Below, piece by piece: positions 48,863 to 54,594 of a stretch of 54,594 bases of DNA (position 1 is the stretch's first letter; the number at the start of each line of letters is the position of its first letter). The translations under genes and the position numbers were made by a program. Under the pieces are notes generated by a model, which saw nothing but the letters and a program-made list of their open reading frames with translations, was not told the DNA's origin and made no database searches. The stretch comes from Candidatus Falkowbacteria bacterium CG10_big_fil_rev_8_21_14_0_10_39_11 (GTDB taxonomy: Bacteria > Patescibacteriota > Patescibacteriia > UBA11705): contig PFAP01000002.1 of the NCBI GenBank assembly GCA_002773615.1, forward strand, positions 1-54,594, read 5' to 3'.

Positions 48863-49333
48863 ATGAATAAAATAGTTTTGGCGATAATAATTATCTTTGT
48901 AATCATGTTAGTTGCTGCTGCCGGCTGGAAATTATATGATATTGCCGTTGATGATGTTGTAGTCCGGATCGAGCAACAAGTTTATGAGATTCCTGAAAAT
49001 GAAAAAGCCGCTACGGTTGGAATTGAAATTGTAAATAGAACTCAGAAGATAATTTATTTTCGCTCTCCTTTTTGTGACGATCCGTTTGATGTTTATCAAT
49101 TGTCAGCGGATGGTACTTGGGAAGTGAGATCTGATTTAATCAATATGTGTTTTGGCGTAGATGGTGGGGCACCGGCGATTGAGCCCTTGGATCCCGGTGA
49201 AACCAAAAAAGTGACAAAAGCAATAACGGGTTTGGGGAAATATAAGATTGGATTTTTGTATTATTTATCACCGGAAGATCTGACACAATCGGAAGAAATG
49301 ATTTTTACCCCAGAGTTTGAGGTTATTAATTGA
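48863..49333 (+). CDS. exported hypothetical protein (Ig-like fold possible)
   Basis: N-terminal TM; LDPGE, GKYKI, PEFEV pattern. Confidence 0.65.
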   Translation: MNKIVLAIIIIFVIMLVAAAGWKLYDIAVDDVVVRIEQQVYEIPENEKAATVGIEIVNRTQKIIYFRSPFCDDPFDVYQLSADGTWEVRSDLINMCFGVDGGAPAIEPLDPGETKKVTKAITGLGKYKIGFLYYLSPEDLTQSEEMIFTPEFEVIN

Positions 49334-49445
49334 AAATAAATTAAAGGGGCCAGTCCCCTTTTTTGTTTGGCCAGTGGACAAAATTTTAATCATGTGGTAA
49401 CTTGATGAATCGGTTTTTTGACAAAATAAACATGGAGGCGAAAGG

Positions 49446-50453
49446 ATGCAACCAAACCAACGATATTATTATTATGATGAGATAGTTGCAATATTAAGAA
49501 ATTTAAAAATTAGAACACGAAGGGTTTATCACCAACTTTGTAAAAAAGATACACTGGTTCCATATTCACCGGATGTTGAGTATCATGATTGTTGGGAAGA
49601 GTATGGAGGTTGGCCAGGATTTTTTGGTGTGAAATCTTATAGAAGAAGCGGTGATGTTTATGAAACTTGGGAAGAAGCTTCGGCAGCAACAATAAAACTT
49701 GATATAAAGGGACAGGAAGACTACCAGGTTGATTATGAAGATGACCCGAGGTTGCCGTCAAATCCAGATGTGACCTATAATGATGTTTGGAAGAAAAATG
49801 GCGGTTGGGGTGGTTTTTGTGGTACAAATAGACGGCATAGAAGTCCGAAAGATATTTATCAGACTTATGCTGAAGCAAAAGCGGCAGTTCAGAAAATTGG
49901 TTTTAGATCAGCTCGCGATTATAACAAGCATCATCAACTGCAAGATCCCAGACTGCCTCCGAAACCACATGAAAAATACCCAAAAGAGTGGAAGAAAAAT
50001 GGTCGCTGGTCCGGTTATCTAGATTTGAAAATAAAGCCAAGACTGGCTAATGGTCGGTATTTTCTCTGGGAAGATGCTTCCAAGGCAGTACAAAGGTTAG
50101 GGATTAAAAGTGGGCCAGAGTATCGACGGCGCTACAAAGAAGATCCCAAGCTGCCAAGTTCGGTGATGAAAACTTATTTGAAAGATTGGAAACCCAAGGG
50201 TAAATGGTATGGCTTTTTGGGTAAAGTTCCCAAGTATAAATTTTGGGCAGAGGCAGCCCCTGCAGCTAGAAAGCTTGGGATTACCAGTCCAGGTGAGTAT
50301 AGTCGGTTGCGTCACAAAGATCCTCGTTTGCCCGTTGATCCCAGAAAAGCTTATAAGGGTGACTGGTATCTTCATGATACCTGGACGGGCTTTTTGGGCT
50401 TGATGGAAATTGAAAAGCCAGATGACGAGTGGGAAATTTGGGAGGAGGAATAA
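49446..50453 (+). CDS. integrase-repeat-unit-type protein without catalytic integrase domain
   Basis: about five repeats of W.EA..A..KLGI....Y...Y..DPRLP..P...Y...W..FLG; GGAGG SD. Confidence 0.8.
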   Translation: MQPNQRYYYYDEIVAILRNLKIRTRRVYHQLCKKDTLVPYSPDVEYHDCWEEYGGWPGFFGVKSYRRSGDVYETWEEASAATIKLDIKGQEDYQVDYEDDPRLPSNPDVTYNDVWKKNGGWGGFCGTNRRHRSPKDIYQTYAEAKAAVQKIGFRSARDYNKHHQLQDPRLPPKPHEKYPKEWKKNGRWSGYLDLKIKPRLANGRYFLWEDASKAVQRLGIKSGPEYRRRYKEDPKLPSSVMKTYLKDWKPKGKWYGFLGKVPKYKFWAEAAPAARKLGITSPGEYSRLRHKDPRLPVDPRKAYKGDWYLHDTWTGFLGLMEIEKPDDEWEIWEEE

Positions 50454-50506
50454 GCAACTCGCAAATAAAATTTGTGAGTTTTTTTGTACAAAAAAGTACT
50501 ATTATA

Positions 50507-50561
50507 AAACACCTAACTCCATCATCCTGAATTTAGTTCAGGATGATGGAGTTAGGTGTTT
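50507..50561. repeat. perfect 25-bp inverted repeat with 5-nt loop
   Basis: AAACACCTAACTCCATCATCCTGAA-TTTAG-TTCAGGATGATGGAGTTAGGTGTTT. Confidence 0.9.
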
Positions 50562-50570
50562 AGCCAGTTT

Positions 50571-50625
50571 GATTCTTATACCCCGAAACCTGCCGGCCGG
50601 CAGGCAGGTGAATTCAGAGTGACAA
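50571..50625. repeat. REP-like element with nested CCTGCCGGCCGGCAGGCAGG palindrome
   Basis: ends TTCAGAGTGACA; 20-bp palindrome at 50589-50608. Confidence 0.6.
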
Positions 50626-50635
50626 TAAGGGTAGA

Positions 50636-51133
50636 TTAACGAGCGATCAGGAATTTGCGTTTATTCTCACTAAGATTGAGAAAGTCATCAGCGGCTTCGA
50701 TCAGTTTGGCGCTGGTTGATTCTTTGAAAGCAACGACTTCAACTCGACAACCGGTAGTGTTTTGTAAATATTCAATCAATGGAATATAGTCACCGTCGCC
50801 TGAAACCAGAACGATGACATCTAGGCTTTTGGCCATTTTGATGGCGTCAACAGCAATACCCACATCCCAATCGGCTTTTTTGGTGCCATCAGGGAAAATT
50901 TGTAGGTCTTTGGTTTTTACTTCATAGCCTGACTTGCCTAGAGCGTCAAAGAATTTGCCTTCAGCTCCTTCTAAAGTAGAAATACCATAGCCGATGGCCC
51001 GAATTAGTTTTCTATCCCCGACTGATTCTGTGAGGATGTTGCCAAAGTGAACTTTTTTTTGATATAGAGCTTTGGCGCTGTAATATAAGTTTTGAATGTC
51101 GACTAGGACGCCGACGCGTTGATCTTGGTACAT
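50636..51133 (-). CDS. NYN domain protein (LabA/DUF88)
   Basis: VDIQNLY, KKADWDVGIAVD, SGDGDYIPL, L...AD.F. Confidence 0.92.
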   Translation of the reverse strand: MYQDQRVGVLVDIQNLYYSAKALYQKKVHFGNILTESVGDRKLIRAIGYGISTLEGAEGKFFDALGKSGYEVKTKDLQIFPDGTKKADWDVGIAVDAIKMAKSLDVIVLVSGDGDYIPLIEYLQNTTGCRVEVVAFKESTSAKLIEAADDFLNLSENKRKFLIAR

Positions 51134-51215
51134 AGTATAAGTAATTAGTAAATGATAATTAATAAATAGTGAGTGGTGCAAGGAAGCAAGAAAGACAATG
51201 GACAAGGAATATGTT

Positions 51216-52715
51216 TTACTGATCACCGTCTCTTGAATGTGGATGTCGATATAATTGTAGCATAGCAGTACAAAATAGCACATAGCCAATGCCGAGCGGA
51301 TGGTTGAGATATGGACTGAATATGTGAACGAAAACGATGGAAATTAGACCCAATAATAGCCCATAAGCTAAGATTTGAGTTTGGCTGTCTGATGCTTTGG
51401 TTAGGTGCCATAAATTTTTTCCAATTGAAAGCAATAAACCAAGATAAATTATTAATCCAAATAATCCGATTTTTAATATCATGTCAAAATAACCCCATTC
51501 AAAGGCATAGGTGGTGTATTCCCCACTGGGATTGTGTTCCAAAATTCGTGGGTCGAGACTGTTGTATGTGACTGTGGTGCCAAAACCTGAGCCAATAATA
51601 GGATGATTGACCATTTTTTGTGACAAGTTGGGCAACTGACTCCAACGACTGGAAACGGCTGATTCATCAAGATTTATGCGATCTTTGAGCATTTGACTGG
51701 GATCGATGGCTGGTAAGTTTGGAAATGGAAAGTAAATGGTGCCAAGCAATAGTGTGATGCTGGCGATAAGAATTACAAATAAATTGGCAAATAGAGCCAG
51801 TAGTTTTTTCCATTTTAAGTTATGATATTTAAAAAATATTATCACAAATACCAATCCAGTCAAGAGAATTCCGACCCAATTGCTGCGTGACAAGTTTAGA
51901 ATAGAGACGGCTGAAAAACCAACGGCCAGAATGTAAAACCAATAATTTGATTTTGTCGGTGATAATTTGTCATTGGTTAAAAATAAAAGCGATAAAACCA
52001 GAAATAATCCAACAGCAATATAGATGTGGCTTTGAAAGAATATTCGATAAAAATCTCCAGATAAAAGAGTTATCTCCCCTATTCCGGTATCACGAACCCA
52101 ACGATAAATTGGTTTGATAGCGGAAAAATGATGAGAAAAATAATACAACAATGCCAAACTTTTGATCACGGTCCAGGAAATACCGGCTAGAAATACCGAC
52201 GTTGCTTGTTTGAAAATGGTCTTGGTTGTTAGGCTGTCAATGAACGGAGCTAGGTAAAGAAAAAATAACCAAGCGTTGCCATCGGAAAAGATATTTACCG
52301 GAATGTTTTGTTTTATAATACCAAAAGTGATTCCCCAGATAATAACAACGGCCAAAATTGCATACCATTTGGAATTGAAAAGTTGAAATAATTTAGTTTG
52401 GCGGTTGATTACTGTTTTAATTATCCACGCGAGCATGACAGCACTGAAAATTGCGAGTCGGATACCAATTTCTTGGGTGCCAATAGTAAAGTTGAATAAA
52501 TGTCCATGAGAACCGATGGCTAATTCAGTCAAAGCAATCATGACTCCGAGTGATAATTGATGTAATGACAAAATCAGGACTGCCAACGTAATGATAATAA
52601 AGATGATGTTGCCGATAAATGCAGATTGAGTGCCAAAGAAAGAAAATATTTCAATCATGAAAAATAACGGGAGTAACCATGACATTAGTTTTGAGGCAAA
52701 AAGGTCTTTGATCAT
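51216..52715 (-). CDS. O-antigen ligase/polymerase family membrane protein
   Basis: multi-TM; LSRS.W, SSR...., PIIGSGFG motifs. Confidence 0.85.
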   Translation of the reverse strand: MIKDLFASKLMSWLLPLFFMIEIFSFFGTQSAFIGNIIFIIITLAVLILSLHQLSLGVMIALTELAIGSHGHLFNFTIGTQEIGIRLAIFSAVMLAWIIKTVINRQTKLFQLFNSKWYAILAVVIIWGITFGIIKQNIPVNIFSDGNAWLFFLYLAPFIDSLTTKTIFKQATSVFLAGISWTVIKSLALLYYFSHHFSAIKPIYRWVRDTGIGEITLLSGDFYRIFFQSHIYIAVGLFLVLSLLFLTNDKLSPTKSNYWFYILAVGFSAVSILNLSRSNWVGILLTGLVFVIIFFKYHNLKWKKLLALFANLFVILIASITLLLGTIYFPFPNLPAIDPSQMLKDRINLDESAVSSRWSQLPNLSQKMVNHPIIGSGFGTTVTYNSLDPRILEHNPSGEYTTYAFEWGYFDMILKIGLFGLIIYLGLLLSIGKNLWHLTKASDSQTQILAYGLLLGLISIVFVHIFSPYLNHPLGIGYVLFCTAMLQLYRHPHSRDGDQ

Positions 52716-53143
52716 ACATTCTCAACAATATAAAATTGATACCAATGATGCTGTGGATCGTCAGAAATGAAGTATGAATAAGGTGAAATAGTGTTTCTTA
52801 AATTTTCTTCAAGTTCGGGGTGTGTTTTTACCCGTTCGAGACTGATATCAACGATTAATTGTTGATCTTGCAGCCAAGCATGATCAATATCGTGGTGAGA
52901 AAAGAATCCGGGAGTCACTTGGAATTTGTGTTCTGAATGGCGGTTGAGGTAGCTTTTTAATACTGGCAGTATTTGGTGTATGTGAGTGGAGATGTCCAAG
53001 GCATGAACAATGTCGCCTTGATAAAAATTGGGGGTGGCTGATTCATGAATATATTCTTCGATGAGCTGGCGTAAAAGCATAAAGTCAGTGGTTGGGGTGT
53101 TGACTTTAATAAATGGATTTAGTTTTTTATTTAATAAAATCAT
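52712..53143 (-). CDS. hypothetical protein
   Basis: 143-aa ORF in operon; HAWL....IVDIS segment. Confidence 0.6.
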   Translation of the reverse strand: MILLNKKLNPFIKVNTPTTDFMLLRQLIEEYIHESATPNFYQGDIVHALDISTHIHQILPVLKSYLNRHSEHKFQVTPGFFSHHDIDHAWLQDQQLIVDISLERVKTHPELEENLRNTISPYSYFISDDPQHHWYQFYIVENV

Positions 53144-53152
53144 ATTTTTTCG

Positions 53153-53632
53153 TTAATTCAAAATTTTGATATTTTGAGGTAGGTCTATAAAGTTAACTTT
53201 GATAATTTTTTCCGGTTTAACTTGAGAGTGAGCGCGACATTCTGTACCCTCGAAATCACTAAAGTCATTCTTGTTAAAAACATAGATATATCCGGTTTTG
53301 TTTTTGGCCGCTTCCAGTAGATTGGTGGTCGCTTGGAGGTATACGTTATCGTTTTCGCTCATGCCAAAGCCACTGGTTGAGTCACCTGAGACTCCTTCGC
53401 CGTTGATTAATGAACGGAAAATTGCAATGTCTGCGTATGGAGTGGCGAAGACTGCAGGATCTCTATCAGGCTCCATTTTGCCGGTTTCTTCATTTTGATT
53501 AACGGCTTGGCGTGGTTCCAGGAATTCAAGTTCAGGTGTAAATGAACCATGAAAAACATAATGTCCGCTTTTTTCCATCTCTATAAGCTGCTCACGTGGT
53601 GATTTGATTGTTTCAAAATGTGGGGTCTCCAT
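53153..53632 (-). CDS. hypothetical protein, possible ADP-ribosyltransferase fold
   Basis: VFHGS, LEPRQA, VFAT, GYIYV. Confidence 0.6.
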   Translation of the reverse strand: METPHFETIKSPREQLIEMEKSGHYVFHGSFTPELEFLEPRQAVNQNEETGKMEPDRDPAVFATPYADIAIFRSLINGEGVSGDSTSGFGMSENDNVYLQATTNLLEAAKNKTGYIYVFNKNDFSDFEGTECRAHSQVKPEKIIKVNFIDLPQNIKILN

Positions 53633-53636
53633 AAAC

Positions 53637-54519
53637 TTATATTTTTGATTGAGTTCGTGGTTTTATTTTGAAAATTTGAGTTAGGTAAGCTAGAAATAGA
53701 CTTAGTGGTGACAATGCCAGTAAAACAAGATATTGCCACTTTGGTTTATATTTCAGAAAAAATGTCAGCATGCCTTTGATAAAACGTTTTTGTTTTGGCA
53801 ACGAAGATTTTTGTTCAAAGCTTTTTCCTTCAAAATGTAGGACTTCTGAAATTGGAGTAAAAAATATTTTTTGGCCCTTTTTGTTAAGATTGAAACACAA
53901 ATCAACATCTTCCCACCAAATCGGATATTCTTCATTCCAGCCGCCAAGCAATCTGATCGTTTCGGCTCGCATAAATATGAAGGCTCCCATAATTTGTTCC
54001 ACTTGATTTTCGGTTGTGTAGTCAAAGTCTTTTTGCAGATATATCTTTAGGCATTTGGTGCGGAAAAAATGATGCAATTTTAATAAAATAAGCAGTTGAT
54101 CGCAGATCGTGGGATTTTTTTTGACGTTGGGTTGAATACTTTTGTCGCCGTAAAGCAATCTGGTGGTACAGGCGGCGGCGTCTTTATTGGTCTCCATATA
54201 CTGTTTCATTTTGAGGGGCGTATTGTCGAGCAATTCCATATCTGGATTCATAAAGAGAATATATTCCCCCTTTGCTTCTTTCAATCCTTGGTTGTTGGCT
54301 TTGGCAAATCCCAGATTGTGGCGATTTTCTATGATTAACAGTTTGCCTGATTGGATTTGAGGCTGAAATTGTCGTCTCATGTGTTCGATTGACCCATCAT
54401 TCGAAGCATTGTCGACAACAATTACCTCATAAGAAATATTTTTGGTATATTTAAAAATAGTCTCTAAGCATTTGAGTAGAAATTCTCTGACGTTCCAATT
54501 GACGATAATAATTGAGATA
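53637..54519 (-). CDS. GT2 family glycosyltransferase (native start codon apparently missing)
   Basis: ISIIIVNWN, VVDNASNDGS, NLGFAKANN, MNPD, EDVDLC. Confidence 0.9.
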
Positions 54520-54594
54520 TGTTTTAGGCACACACATTTGGCGGTTTTATTAATTGATAATCTGAAAGGAATTCATTGGGTGTTTTGCCATCTA
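54520..54594 (-). mobile_element. probable end of an IS481/IS3-like element (truncated by the window)
   Basis: minus frame DGKTPNEFL...VCA* ending in ...AAAACA directly at the GT2 N-terminus. Confidence 0.45.

Noticed and set aside
1-54594. UGA recoding (code 25) as in Gracilibacteria/SR1
   Set aside because: Core genes are full length under code 11, and several genes end in TGA followed by terminators

Overview
The window looks like the chromosome of an AT-rich Patescibacteria (CPR) bacterium, probably Parcubacteria of the Falkowbacteria/ABY1 type. This is inferred from gene content, the surface-protein C-terminal domain and the intergenic repeat types. Genetic code 11 fits, and the + strand is G/T-rich throughout. 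Recognisable genes are serS, a divergent aroB-like cyclase, alr, ftsQ, gltX, clpB (with a CIRCE operator), a priA with degenerate helicase motifs, def, fmt and several envelope/glycan enzymes, plus two paralogous surface proteins (704 and 2547 aa). About 20 orphan genes lie between them, mostly as self-contained units of sigma70 promoter, strong Shine-Dalgarno, ORF and terminator, whereas the housekeeping genes have AT-rich starts without SD. The most striking locus is 26.6-28.3 kb. It has two tandem perfect sigma70 promoters, a ~290-nt highly structured leader and a very GC-rich orphan ORF with an Arg-rich tail. Its 3' trailer can base-pair with the first nucleotides of the predicted transcript, closing the whole RNA. 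Also seen: a 303-bp IS481-type miniature element with a target duplication, a probable IS end at the start of a glycosyltransferase, nested palindromic intergenic repeats, a dif-like 11-6-11 site, a triplicated XpaC-like cassette and an LRR-lipoprotein pseudogene. No rRNA, tRNA or CRISPR array was recognised. All calls are by eye; no searches or folding programs were run.
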